Notes under the pieces: generated by a model
The model's database searches: none
What the model was told of the DNA's origin: nothing
What the model saw: the letters and a program-made list of their open reading frames with translations, nothing else
Made by a program: the position numbers and the translations under genes
Shown here: positions 1 to 12,944 of the stretch, one piece after another
Numbering within the stretch: the first letter of the stretch is position 1
Layout of the letters: each line of letters opens with the position of its first letter
Assembly (NCBI RefSeq): GCF_006345805.1
Contig: NC_042999.1
Location: 131,254,001 to 131,318,000 of the forward strand
Length of the DNA: 64,000 nt
DNA from: Octopus sinensis
Lineage: Eukaryota
Direction of reading: 5' to 3'

Positions 1-124
1 TTGTGTCTTTCGTTGTTCGAAAGAATAGTTCATGTTCCATGTACTCGTGCTTCGTATATTTTTGTTGTACACGTTTCATGACGTCCTATGCCCACGTATG
101 CTTATAGATGTAGTTATGTACATA

Positions 125-145
125 TACGTATGTATATATGCATAT

Positions 146-228
<83 letters not shown>
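125..228. repeat. (TA)n microsatellite (first of many in the window)
   Basis: Pure/interrupted TA dinucleotide run read directly. Confidence 0.95.
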
Positions 229-232
<4 letters not shown>

Positions 233-337
233 CCTGCTCACTTAGCTAGCGGGGTGGCGTCATTTGAAGGCTAAAACAATGCGAAGTGCATTGTGACCAG
301 CGATGTTTAGTAACATCTGATAGCCTGGTCGGTCACG

Positions 338-345
<8 letters not shown>
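229..345 (+). mobile_element. 3' fragment of tRNA-derived SINE (family C here)
   Basis: Reverse complement of 13436-13545 (ggcctgctc..cttagc..gcggggtggc..gaaggctaaaacaatgcgaag..gtgaccagc); flanked by (TA)n. Confidence 0.7.
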
Positions 346-395
<50 letters not shown>

Positions 396-786
396 GCTTG
401 CACGAATAGAAACACATATATACACATATACACGCATATGCATATATGAATACACATTTATATATGCTTATATGCGTGCATTCAAGCAAACATACATACA
501 TATATACATACATATAAAGCGAATTAGCTGAATCGTTAGTGTCGGATTGAATGCCTTTTGTTATTTGCTTCCGTTCTCTGCGCTCTCAGTTCAAATCCCA
601 TCGTCGTCGACTTTGCGTTTCACCTTTCAGAGACAATAAATGAACAGCTAGTCAGATACTGGAGCCGATTTCGGATTAAGGTCGTGGAGAACCACTGAGA
701 TCATCTTTTTCTCTAGTAATTACGAAGTCTTGAGCCAGACTCTTAGCAACCTCTTCTCGCAGAACCATCAAGGAGAGGGCAATATG

Positions 787-825
<39 letters not shown>

Positions 826-1249
826 TGTGTACGATCCGTTATGTTCTGGGTTCAAATCCTGCCATGGTCGATTTGCTTTTCATCCTTCCGGATTGGTGGA
901 CGATGAAATAAGAGCAGAGTTTTGGAATAGCGATCATCTAGTGATAGTTCTTCCAAATTAGATAGGTCACCCTACCTTCAGTATAAGTAATCTTGTGTTT
1001 TATGCAATGGGAATAATGTTTCTGGAAGAATTATGTTCTTTTTGTTTGTTTGTTTTTTGTCCAAAACTTTCAATTTTCTTTTTACGTTTCCCCACCTCCA
1101 CCCCTTAATCTGTGCCCCTTTCCTTCCCCATGATGCAGTGTTTAGTACAAAAACTTCGTTAAAATAAGTACTCAAGTACAAGTGACGATATGATTTACTA
1201 GTTACCAAAATATCAAGATAAATAAATACTAATGATAGTATATGTTAAT

Positions 1250-1469
1250 AATAAGGGTTTCAAATTTTGGCACAAGGCTAGCAGTTTCAGAGGAGGGGAC
1301 AAGTCGATTACGTTGACCAATGCTCCAACTGGTTCTCATTCTATCGATCCCGAAAGGGCGAAAAAGAAAGTCGGCCTAGGTGGAATTTGAACTCAGAACA
1401 TAAAGACGGACGAAATGCCGCTAAGTATTTTGCCCAGCATGCTAACGATTCTGCCTGCTCGCCGCCTTA
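1250..1469 (-). mobile_element. tRNA-derived SINE (family D here)
   Basis: Minus-strand head taaggcggcgagcaggcagaatcgttagc with B-box-like gttctgagttcaaattc; related copies at 38446-38638 (+) and ~29150-29400 (-). Confidence 0.75.
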
Positions 1470-1592
1470 GTATGCATGAATAATAATAGTATCTGTTAAT
1501 AGTAATATGAGTTATAATTACAGTATTAAAGTTCACAACAATTAGAATTTTTTCAAAATTATATCGTTTGAGGAAACGATTTCACTGTCGTC

Positions 1593-1885
1593 TTAAGGCA
1601 ATGGGCAGTTGGCCGGGGGCCTCACAGGTCTAGGGCCCCAATTCTGTAAATGAATAAATACTATAGGACCCAGTGCACTGATTTGCTTTGGAACCCATAA
1701 TGCCGCTAAGATGACCCTGCTACTAGTTTTAAATGCAATATTGGTATTCATCAGATTTTCACATAAAAAGTATCGTTCCATCTCATTATCTATCTCAATC
1801 GTTCCTTGATGTATTTTAGTCATTAATTGTTCCGAATTTTTGTTAAAGAAAAAAGCACTAATTTTCTCGGTCGCTTGAGAATTCT
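1593..1885 (-). CDS. Possible terminal coding exon of an unidentified gene
   Basis: Open frame from acceptor tttcaactag|ag at 1885 to TAA at 1593; splice phase not reconciled with the 2276-2740 exon. Confidence 0.25.
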
Positions 1886-2275
1886 CTAGTTGAAACGCAA
1901 ATAAAAGGATTAATTCCTAATCTCCAATAAAATTTTAAAGTCTGTTGTTATTTTATGTTATTTTAATTTCATAGAATTATAAAGACATTTCCAAAACCGC
2001 ATTGAATGTTTTGCGTTTTCCAGTGACCTTATACTCACTGATACCGATCATTCTTGAGTCCTAAGAAAGCGTATTTTTCTATTCAAGTTTTAGGGCATAG
2101 CTTATATTTTCCCTGATTGTACATATTTTCCAGTCAAGAAAGAAGTAAAATGGCTTTCTTTCTCTATCTTCTTACTCAGACTAACTAATACCAAATTCAC
2201 AGTAGATGAGTTTAAATAAGATACTGTTACTTTTAACATTTCGTGTTACATCCTAAAAGAGAGAACTTTATATTA

Positions 2276-2740
2276 TCAAATTTGTAGATACCTGTTTGGT
2301 TTCTCCATAGAATTGGTAAACCCACATTTAGCTTTATACTGGTTCTTCTCATATTTTTGTGCTTTTTTCTTTGTCCCTATAGATTCAGAATATATTAAAG
2401 ATGTGTTCGTAATGGGAGCATCATTGAAGAATTCATTTTCTGATATATATTTTTGATCCGTACAATTGATATGATCTTCGTTGTGAGATGAAAACGATGC
2501 GATTTCTTCACGATATTCTTTGTTAATATGCCAGTGATCGATATGTTGCTTTTTGATTTTTCGTTTTTTCTTTGACGATTGTGGCAATTCCTTTTCATTG
2601 TGAGAATCAAGAAATGTATTCCGATTGTCAAGATGAAAATCATTGAGGCTCATACATTTCGGAGGCAATACAACTGGGTTAACATTTTCATAACCTTTAC
2701 TTTTAAAATTAGATGTAATTATATTTTTGGGGTTTTCCAT
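2276..2740 (-). CDS. Probable first coding exon of an unidentified gene (K/E/N-rich, NLS-like KKKRKIKK)
   Basis: 154-codon ATG-initiated ORF in AT-rich non-repeat DNA; upstream T-tract plus AG (~2760); candidate donor AG|gtatct at 2292; no recognisable domain. Confidence 0.5.
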   Translation of the reverse strand: MENPKNIITSNFKSKGYENVNPVVLPPKCMSLNDFHLDNRNTFLDSHNEKELPQSSKKKRKIKKQHIDHWHINKEYREEIASFSSHNEDHINCTDQKYISENEFFNDAPITNTSLIYSESIGTKKKAQKYEKNQYKAKCGFTNSMEKPNRYLQI

Positions 2741-3807
2741 GATTAAAGAAGATAAATCTATAAGTTTTTGAAGTAAATATTTATAAAAAAAAAAAAAGAA
2801 TCGGTAATATTAGGCTTTGAGATTTGGATGCAACTCGTAATTATTATTGTTTTCGATCAAGAACTACTTCAGAGTTTTAGCATCCGAATAAAGCAAACAG
2901 AAATGTTTTGCTTTGTTTTTATATATCGCTTTTGTCACGAGCATTTAGTCGTTATATTTCTGATCACTCGAAATGAGAATTAGTAATTCATTTTTAGAAA
3001 TCTTTTATTCGATCGATGAAAGATGCGTTCTTTTCCTGGAAACAAAATTTGCACAAACACATTAACCGTCATTAAAGTATTCAGTAACGAAGAAACATTT
3101 CTCGCGGGCATGTATTTTTTTTCTGAAATAGCCAATCTGATGGCGCGCTGGCACATACAATGATGTCTTGATAAACGTTTATTCGAGAAGTACGTCTCGA
3201 ATAGCTTACAAGAAACAGCACTCTTTGATCGGTTTTCTCCTAGCTTACGTAATATATAACTCGTCTTTTTTTTAGAGAGAGGCGGGGAGAGGGAGAAAGA
3301 GAGAGGGGAGAGAAGGAGAAAGAGAGAGAGAGTGTGTGTGTGTAAAAAGACAGATGAACCTAGTGTGAGTTCTAACACGGACCCTCAGGAAATCAGTGTT
3401 GGTGTCCGACGCGCTGGAAGGCCACTGGAAGAGAGATACCTTTTGCTAAAGTATGTCTCTAGGATAAAGTCACTCTGATATAAAACTAGGTATGGAGATT
3501 GTTTCCTTTCGCTCGAGATCAAGGCGCTCCAATATTCCCGAGCCTGCGACCCATATTGGCACTGGCTATCTTGATTTGATTTGTCTCGGGATCTTGTCAG
3601 TAGGATGGAGAAGGTCTGCAAGCCTTATTGGACCTAAAAATTTAGGATGTGCAAACGCCGGCGAAGCGACTATTCAACTAGTCTAGTAGGAGGGTGCTGC
3701 GACGAGTATGGAAGCTGTGGACGCGAACCCAGGTGAGGCCGACTACTGGTGTATTACTGGTAATTTGGTTAGTGATGGTCTTTTTCGGTCACGAGTGGAC
3801 AACCATC

Positions 3808-3864
<57 letters not shown>

Positions 3865-3991
3865 GATGAATATGGTACTTAAATTATATTAATGTGTCCA
3901 TCTGTTTTAATTTAATTTAATTCTATGTCTTTATGCAGCTGAGGATTGCTCTGCATTTAAATTGATGTAACGATTGCATTGTTCAATTAAA

Positions 3992-4405
3992 TGGAGTTGC
4001 TTGTGTGGTAAGTAGCTTGCTTACTAACCACATGGTTCCGAGTTCAGTCCCATTGCGTGGCACCTTGGGCAAATGTCTTCTACTATAGCTTCGGGCCGAC
4101 CAAAGCCTTGTAAGTGGATTTGGTAGACGGACACTGAAAAGAAGCCCGTCGTATATATATATATGTATATATATACATATGTGTGTGTGTGTGAGTTTGT
4201 GTGTCTGTGTTTGTTCCCCCAACATCGCTTGACAACCGATGCTGGAGTGTTTACGTCCCCGTAACTTAGCGGTTCGGCAAAAGAGACCGATAGAATAAGT
4301 ACTAGGCTTACAAAGAATAAGTCCTGGGGTCGATTTGCTAGACTAAAGGCAGTGCTACAGCATGGCCGCAGTCAAATAAGCGAAACAAGTAAAAGAGTAA
4401 AGAGA
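3992..4405 (+). mobile_element. Full-length tRNA-derived SINE (most abundant family, A here)
   Basis: Head ..gtgtggtaagtagcttgctt..aaccacatggttccgagttcagtccc, central gcaccttgggcaa..tcttctactatagc, internal (TA)(TG) tract, 3' gtcaaat..gaaacaagtaaaagag; dozens of related pieces across the window. Confidence 0.85.
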
Positions 4406-4417
4406 ATTTTTTTTTTC

Positions 4418-4620
4418 TCTTACTTGTTTCAGTGATTTGACTGCAGCCATGTTGTGACACCGCCTCGAAGGGTTTTAGCGGAAGAAATCGATCCTAGTAC
4501 ATTTTTTAAAGACTAGTACTTATTTTATCGGTATCTTTTGTCGAACCACTAACACACCAACACCAGTTGTCAAGCGGTGGTGGGAGACAAACACAGATAC
4601 AAAGACATACGCACGCACAT
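4418..4620 (-). mobile_element. 3' half of family A SINE, tail-to-tail with the 3992-4405 copy
   Basis: Reverse-complement similarity to 4200-4400. Confidence 0.75.
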
Positions 4621-4641
4621 ACACACACATATATGTGTGCG

Positions 4642-4704
<63 letters not shown>

Positions 4705-5589
4705 TAGCAGTTATACCCCTGGTTGATTGGGTAATTACTTTTACTGTTTCTCGAGCCGAGAAGCTAGGAAAATGGTTATATCATATAGAAGAATAGCATT
4801 ACAGAATCCAGAGGACTGCAATGGCACTAAAAAGGCTGCAGGTCAAGTGGAACATCATTGTTCATATAGAAAAAAGCATTGCATCCCATGTGTTTGTTTG
4901 GTGTTCGTTTTTTGTTGGTCTTTCTTTGGTAGGCATTTTTTAAATTAGGAATATCAGTAAGTAATAGTGAAATGAAATTACAAACGCTGTGTCAGTGCAC
5001 AATTAGTGTTGTACCATTGCATAGTTTTTGTTGATACAAATTAGGTAATTGCATGATAGGATATATAGAAAAAGCATAGCACATCATGCATTTGATTGGT
5101 GTTCGTTTTTTTGTCACTTTTATAACAACCAGTGAGAATATTTGCCTCAAAGCAGTTTGTCATAGGTTTCTGCACAATTAGTGTTGTCTACCTTGAATCA
5201 TTTACTTTCACTTTACAGGACAACCAAACACACAAACGGACAGAATCTCTCTTTTATAGATATAGATATACAACAGGCTACTTTCAGTTTCCGTCTACCA
5301 AACCCACTCACAAGGCTTTGGTCAGCCCGAAGCTATAGTAGAATACACTTGCCCAAAGTACCACGCAGTGGGACTGAACCCAAACCATGTGGTACGAAAG
5401 CAAGCTTCTTACCACACAGCCAAGCTTGTGGTAAGAAGCTTGCTTCCCAACCACATGATTCTGGGTTCAATCCCGCTGTGTGGTATCTTGTGCAAGTGTC
5501 TTCTACTTTAGCCTCAGGCTGACCAAAGTGGAATTAGTTGACAGAAACTGAAAGAAGCTTGTTGTACATTATATATACATATACTCTCT

Positions 5590-5783
5590 CTCTTTCGCTT
5601 GTTTCAGTCATTTGACTGTGGCCATGCTGGAGCACCACCTTTAGGCGAGCAAATCGACCCCAGGACTTTGTAAGCCTAGTACTTATTCTATTGGCGTCTT
5701 TTGCCAAACCGCTAAGTGACGGGGACGTAAAAACACTAGCATCGGTTGTCAAGCAATGTTGGGGGACAAACACAGACACACAA

Positions 5784-5829
<46 letters not shown>

Positions 5830-5990
5830 ACATGTATACGACAGGCTTCTTTCAGTTTCCGACTACCAAATCCACTCACAAGGCTTTGGTTGGCCTGAAG
5901 CTATGGTAGAAGACACTTGCCCAAGGTGCCACACAGTGGGACTTAACCTAGAAGCATGTGGTTGATAAGCAAGCTACTTACCACACAGCC
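5590..5990 (-). mobile_element. Full-length family A SINE; head fragments also at 5270-5420 (-) and 5425-5560 (+)
   Basis: Reverse complement of the 3992-4405 element. Confidence 0.8.
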
Positions 5991-7568
5991 ACACACACAC
6001 ATATATATATTTATATATATAATAAAGAAAAAAGTTTAAAATACTGGTCATTACATATTTTCCTTTATTGGAGCAAATTTGGCTTACAGCTGTTTCCAGT
6101 AGTCATTATAGGTACATTACTGATTAGTTTACTCAATGTGTCTATTGATCAATTGATAAAAATTGAATGACCTAAGAAAATTAATGCTACTTTCATCTGA
6201 GCCATTTCTGGTTATAACAAGCAGAGCACTGAAGGAATACCTATTCCTCCTATTCTACTATCCCGCTGCCCCAGATTTGTATTTTATTTTATTTTATAAA
6301 ACCCTATAGAACAAAAGGCAAAATTGAATTCAGGGTGCACTACATTCTAAAGACTGCCATTTCTCTTAACTTGGATATTGCTCCAGATCAGCTGTGATTG
6401 AATGCTGTTTTGATTAAAAACTGTTCCAATTGTAACTATCCTGCATTTTTTATATATCAGGTGATTTCATCATTCAGTATATGATTTAGTTTATAAAAAA
6501 ATTTGTTTAAAGATGTACTTCAAACTGAGATAAATTTTTTTGTATTCAAAATCTGCCAAACAAACCACAAAATAAATTGTATCTATATATTTATTTTATT
6601 CATACCATTTTATTTGAGCGACAAATATAATTTTCTGAATTAGTCATGAGACCATAAATTTGTACAATAAGGTGCAAACAGTCAACAGAATCTTTTTGAT
6701 TATGATACAGTTTGAAGGCTGTAAACAAAAATATTTTCATCAGAACCAAAAATTTACCATAAAAAGAGGTAAAGTGCAAATTTTATCTCAGAACTAAGAC
6801 CGTGCTAGATGAGTTGAAAATTACTACACATTTAACCACCTTTTAAAAACTAAGCGATGCTCCAGCATGATTGCAGTCTAATGGCTGAAACAAATAAAAG
6901 GTAAAAGGTTCACTGAATTGGTGAATACGGCATCGGATTTTATGCTCAATTGAGACTTGCTGTGAAAATCTCCTATGAATTTCATTAGGGGTAATGACAA
7001 AGAGTTGAGAAAACACATTTTCTAAAGGACACTGTTTCTTCTTTTTCTTTCATGACTGCCATCTCAATAATTATGTCTTGTATATTTGTAGATATGGTAG
7101 AAACATTGCTGACAAACGTATGTACACACCTGTTCATGTGTATATTGGTATATGTCAATAAAGAGTTTAGTAATCTAATCTCTTAAGCACTAGCTTATAA
7201 TACTTAAGAAGTGAATTGACTACTCTGTGATAAAACTACATTTATGCTATTACCCAAGATAACAGTATTCCAAATTCAAAATCTCACTCACTCATGGTAG
7301 AGCTCAATATATATTTTTATACAGCTGCCAAACTGGCAAAAACACGAGTGTATGTGAGAGAGAGAGAGGTTTTGATATCCAGAAGATACAAAAGGCAGGT
7401 AAGGCTATGTAAGTACCACCAAAGGACAGCTGTCAGACTCCCAGTTCGATAATAGTAGAAGTGAGAAATCTAACATGGATCATGTGTGAGCGTGTATAGG
7501 TTAAATAAAATGAGACAACAAAGCCAAGGCAGTGAAATTTCTAGGACATTTTGTAAAGATAAGAGTTG

Positions 7569-7616
7569 TCTTACAGCTGTTTCAGGGATATAAAAAAGCT
7601 ATCCCTTCATCAGAGA
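7569..7616 (-). ncRNA. Minimal type I hammerhead ribozyme in the PLE 3' pLTR
   Basis: Minus strand: UCU-CUGAUGA-AGGGAUA(loop)UAUCCCU-GAAAC-AGCU-GUA-AGA; perfect 7-bp stem II, palindromic AGCU loop III, GUA cleavage triplet, 3-bp stem I. Confidence 0.8.
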
Positions 7617-8479
7617 TGATACGAGAGAGTTAAACAGAAGGAAATAGTAGAGTTCAATATAATAAGTTATTTTGGAAAAGGAGAGATATAGGAAAAATAA
7701 ATGAAATATAAGGATAAAAATAATGATATATGTAGGATGTTAAACTTGCTGTTTCATTATCCAAGAAATGTGGTGTGTAGAATGGGCAAAAGGCTTCTTG
7801 TCCATGGCATGTGAGTTCCGATAGGAGGTCATATTTTGTTATTACAAATGGATAGTGTGCAAGTATTAATTCTATGTGACGTTCATTCAAAGGATCTGGT
7901 AGTGTAAATGAAATTTTGAAAACGGAATAGATAAGTATGTTAGGAGGAAGATATTGGTATTGGTCAAAGGATTGGTGGAGGAAAGAAAGACAGAAAGAGG
8001 AAGGGAAAATGAAAATGAAAAAGGAATGCTAGATGGTGGTCAAGATATTGTGAGAGGGCAGGGAGAGGAGAGCTATCAGTAGATAAAAGGAATAAGAGGA
8101 GGGATAGAAGGAAGAGATAAGAATGTAAGGAAGGAATATGTGTGAGAAGTGGGAGGTGGTGTGATATGTTTGAAAGGCACTAAAGTGGAGGGATAGATAA
8201 ATAATGTGATACAGAGTGGGGTACAAGAAGTGAGTAGTAAACCTCAAAAAGGAAGGAAAGAATAAGGAAATATAATGGTCAAGTTTCTAAAAATAGATAT
8301 AAGCATTTATATGAGGTCAGAGGTTGTACTAGCTAAAGTGATAGTGGGGACTGATAAATCAGTGAGAGAAAAAATATGTATAGAGATATATGCGCACACG
8401 CATACATATGTATATATGCACTATTATATTGAACCACATACTCACACATATACACATACATATGTATCCATACATGTAC

Positions 8480-8513
<34 letters not shown>

Positions 8514-8559
8514 TTATATTATTAAACAATTAAAATATTAAAAATTAAGAAATCGGAAA

Positions 8560-9459
8560 TTTCTTCGGTGACTGAGAGGTCAGATATACGAATTGATATA
8601 CCCTAAATTACATTATCGAAGGTGGATTTGTGATGATTGGAATTAATGTTTAAGTACTTAAGGTACTAGTTGGGTTTATGATATGAGGAGTATTGGGAGG
8701 TTTCTAAGTTGAAAGTAACGTCTAAAAAATTAGCGGTTTTATAGGAATTTTCAAAAGTAATGAATAGGTTGAGGTTCAAGAATTTATGTAGATCTTTCTT
8801 AATTTGTTCTTAAGAGGATTTATTAATGCCTTTGATGACTAGCAAAGCATCATCTCTGTATAGGCCACCCTTGATATTAGAGTAGTGTATTCGGATCTGA
8901 TGGAGTAAGTATAGTCCAACAAAGTTTGTGACCTGGGCGGAGTCAGATGATCCCACAGTAATGTCAAAGAATTTGCTATAGTTATTATTAGTGTTATAAT
9001 GGTTGGCCCGGCACCGGGATTTGTCTTCGAAATAAATGAGAGTTTTTGGGCATTAAGAATTACGTTAATTTCTAGTGGGGTTAGGTTAGTTAGATTCTTA
9101 GCTAGAAGGAAGGCTTGATTTAGAAGTTTGGGGGAAATAAATTAATAGTAATTATTGTAGGAATGAAGAAGAGTTTTTGTTGTTCAAGAAATGGAACTAT
9201 GTTATGACTTTACCTGTACAGGACCATATGTTGATGTTTAATTTCTCCTTGATAATTGGTATTATTTTATCCAGAATGTTCTTGCTTATTCTTCCCAGGT
9301 CAGATTTGGTAGGGCATATGAGGCATATGGATGATTTGATTAGGAAGTCCTTCTTATGATCCTTAAAGTTAAAGTATGGAGATGCAGGGCAGAAGGGTTC
9401 TGTGCAGTCATCCCCGTATAGCTTGCACTGGTTGGTGCTGGTATTGTCAAGGGCAATAT
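8560..9459 (-). pseudogene. PLE reverse transcriptase remnant with stops and frameshifts
   Basis: Hand translation: KDHKKDF..ICPTKSDLGRISKNILDKI; FFDITVGSSDSAQVTNFVGLYLL; GGLYRDDALL (YRDD at 8849-8860); ANFLDVTFNL; YHKPN; INSNH. Confidence 0.85.
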
Positions 9460-9636
9460 CATGGACAAGAAGCCTTTTTACCCATTCTACACAACACATT
9501 TCTTGGATAATGGAACAGCAAGTTTAACATCCAATATATATCTTATTTTTATTTATATTTCCTGTATCTCTCCCTTTCCAATATAACTTCTTATATTGAA
9601 CTCTACTAGTTCCTTCTGTTTAACTCTATCATATCA

Positions 9637-9685
9637 TCTCTGATGAAGGAATATCTTTTTTTATATCCCTGAAACAGCTGTAAGA
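9637..9685 (+). ncRNA. Minimal type I hammerhead ribozyme in the PLE inverted 5' pLTR
   Basis: Plus strand: UCU-CUGAUGA-AGGAAUAU(loop)AUAUCCCU-GAAAC-AGCU-GUA-AGA; one stem II mismatch. Confidence 0.75.
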
Positions 9686-11409
9686 CAACCCTTCCCTTTA
9701 TAAAATGTTCTGGAAATTTCACACTGCCTTGACTTTGTTATCTCATTTTATTTAACCTATATGTGTGTGTCTGTCTGTGTGTGCGTGTGTGCATGTGTTT
9801 GCCCATGCACATGTATGTGTGATCTCCATATAATAACGATTTCAAATTTTGGGGGAGGGACTAAGTCAATTACATTGACCCTAATGGTTAACTGGTACTT
9901 ATTTTATCAACCCCCAAAAGGATGAAAAGCAAAGTTGACCTTGACAGAATTTGAAATCAGAACATCAGGACAGACAAAATGCCACTTGAAATGTTATCAC
10001 ACTAATATCTCACGCTACCACCTCAAAAGCACCGTTTTATTTGGCATCCAATTATCTATCTTCATCTCTCCACCTCTGACTCTGTTTCAAGTAAATTTTA
10101 TAGTCTTGCACTTTCTCTCTTGACATTAAAACTGATGTCATTTAGAACACACTCACTTGTTTGATTCTTTCTCTTTTGACATTAAAACTAATATCATTTA
10201 GGACACACTCACTACAACACAATAAAATACTGCTCTTCTGTCTCCTTCCTTGTCTTTTCTTTCCTTTCTTTCTCTCTTTTCTTTCATTCCTACCTTCCTT
10301 CCCTTTCTTTGATTTCTTCCTTACTTTCCTTTCTTTCTTCCTTTTTCCTTCCTTCGTTTCTTTCTTGCTCTTCCTGCCACTCTGTGTATATATGTATGTG
10401 CATCCTACTGGATGTGTGATTCTCAGTGCAGTGTACATTGTGCCTGAGAACAAGACAGAATAGTTGCAGCTTTGACCATAAGCCTGCTCCATCAGCGATG
10501 ACCTAGGACAACATAACCAGGAACAAATGAAAGTGTCTCTGAAGGTCACTCAAACTGCTAGAAAAACAACAGCCAAATCCCTCTCAAGTTACTCTACAGT
10601 GCAAAAAAATAAAGGCATATTGAACAACAAAATTAAGCCTAATATACAAAAAGACAGGATAGTCATGGCTGGAATATCTCTTTTTCATATTTCTACTAAA
10701 CTAGTGCTAAATAACATTTAAAACAGCTAGGAACCAGAAATAGCAGCCAAATCTTCCTTAACTACACACCATACCATTTTAAAAAGAAAGCTTATTGGAC
10801 AATGAAGTTTAAATGACAAAAATACAGGATGGCCAGAGCTTGAATGCCTTATGTCATAGGCCTGCTTGACCAGAACTAATCTGATATGGAATCAAACAAC
10901 TGAAGGACCCACTATGTGATAGGTTGTCTTACAAGAAATAGCTACCAAGGCTCCCTCAAATCACACCTATCACCTTAACAACAGAAGGATACATTAACAG
11001 ATGTAGTCCTTAATATAAAAAAGACAGAGAATCATGGCTAGAAGACTGTCATCATGGGTTGCTCATGCAAGGTTCAAGTGGTCAAACCTCCCTCAAATCA
11101 CACACTTTATATTCCTTAAAAAAAACCTAAGAACATGTTATACAATGTAATCCTTTATATAAAAAGGCAGAATGGACACAGCTGGAAAGGATTTTATCAT
11201 AGCAGAGCTAAACAAAACCAACATCTACAGCATGTTGTGTATGAATGTGTGCATGTGCTTATATGTATATATTTATGTATATGTATGTAAATATATATAT
11301 TGGGTTCAACCCCACATGGCACCTAGGGCAACTGCCTTCTACTATAGCCCCAGGACTGACTGAGGAAACAGAAACTGAAAGAAGCCCATAGTATGTGCGT
11401 GTGTATATT

Positions 11410-11450
11410 ACATACACATATATATATATACCTATATCTATATACCTATA

Positions 11451-11507
<57 letters not shown>

Positions 11508-11994
11508 ATATCTATCTATATATACCTATATCTATATCTATCTATATATACCTATATCTATATCTATCTATAAATATATATATATATACCTATATCTATC
11601 TATATATATACCTATATCTATAGATATATATATATACCTATATCTATATATATACCTATATCTATATATAAATATATATATATACCTATATCTATATCTA
11701 TCTATATACCTATATCTATATCTATATATATATATAAAGATATATATTTTTTATAGATATATATTTTTTCCTCTGTCTTCCCTTCTCCTATGTTTCCGAC
11801 AAAGAGCTCCGCTCAAAACGTTAAACCCTCCTTCTTCCCTTCTTTCCTGAGCGTCCAATAATACTATATTTGTTCCATGTCCTCGCGTTGTTGGGTTTTT
11901 TTGTGTTTTCTTGTTTGGATTAACTTTATATATATATATATATACCTATATATATATATATTCCTATATCTATATATATATATATATATTCCTA

Positions 11995-12045
<51 letters not shown>

Positions 12046-12345
12046 CCTATATCTATCTATCTATCTATATATATATATATATATACACCTATATCTATAT
12101 CTATCTAACTATCTATATATATATATACCTATATCTATCTATCTATATATATATATATATATACCTATATCTATCTATATATATATATATACCTATATCT
12201 ATATATATATATACCTATATCTATATATATATATACCTACATCTATATATATATACCTATACCTATATATATATACCTATATCTATACCTATATATATAT
12301 ACCTATATATATATATATATATATACCTATATCTATATATATAAA
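11410..12345. repeat. Compound TA/TATC/TACC minisatellite-like tract with (CT)n, interrupted by a non-repetitive insert at 11770-11926
   Basis: Recurrent tatatatacctatatc-type units; source of the YIYI ORFs. Confidence 0.9.
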
Positions 12346-12434
12346 TGTTCTAATATCTACAAAAAAAAGACCTATCTATAAATGTTCTAATATCTACACA
12401 GCCTTGGTTTTTATAACTCATTACACAAAAAATT

Positions 12435-12471
<37 letters not shown>

Positions 12472-12617
12472 TGAAATAGAAAGATGAATAATCTTGTTGC
12501 AGATTAATCAAAAGTTTAACCGATACCTTGGTAGCAAAAATCACAGCAGAAGACAGCACGGTTGGAGGTACAACCATATGGTGTTGCAACCGTGCGTTGG
12601 TGCGGATAATTGAATTT

Positions 12618-12940
<323 letters not shown>

Positions 12941-12944
12941 TGCT

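Larger units (their letters stand above)
7495..9761 (-). mobile_element. Degraded Penelope-like retroelement (PLE) with direct 3' pseudo-LTR (7495-7806) and inverted 5' pseudo-LTR (9460-9761)
   Basis: ~300-bp inverted repeat pair; internal PLE-type RT motifs; hammerhead core in each repeat. Confidence 0.85.

Noticed and set aside
10142-10549. K/R/E-rich and F/L/S-rich ORFs
   Set aside because: Derived from a low-complexity pyrimidine (CTTT/CCTT) tract
11393-12344. Tyr/Ile-rich ORFs (also at 260-531, 56391-56672 and elsewhere)
   Set aside because: Translations of (TA)n microsatellites
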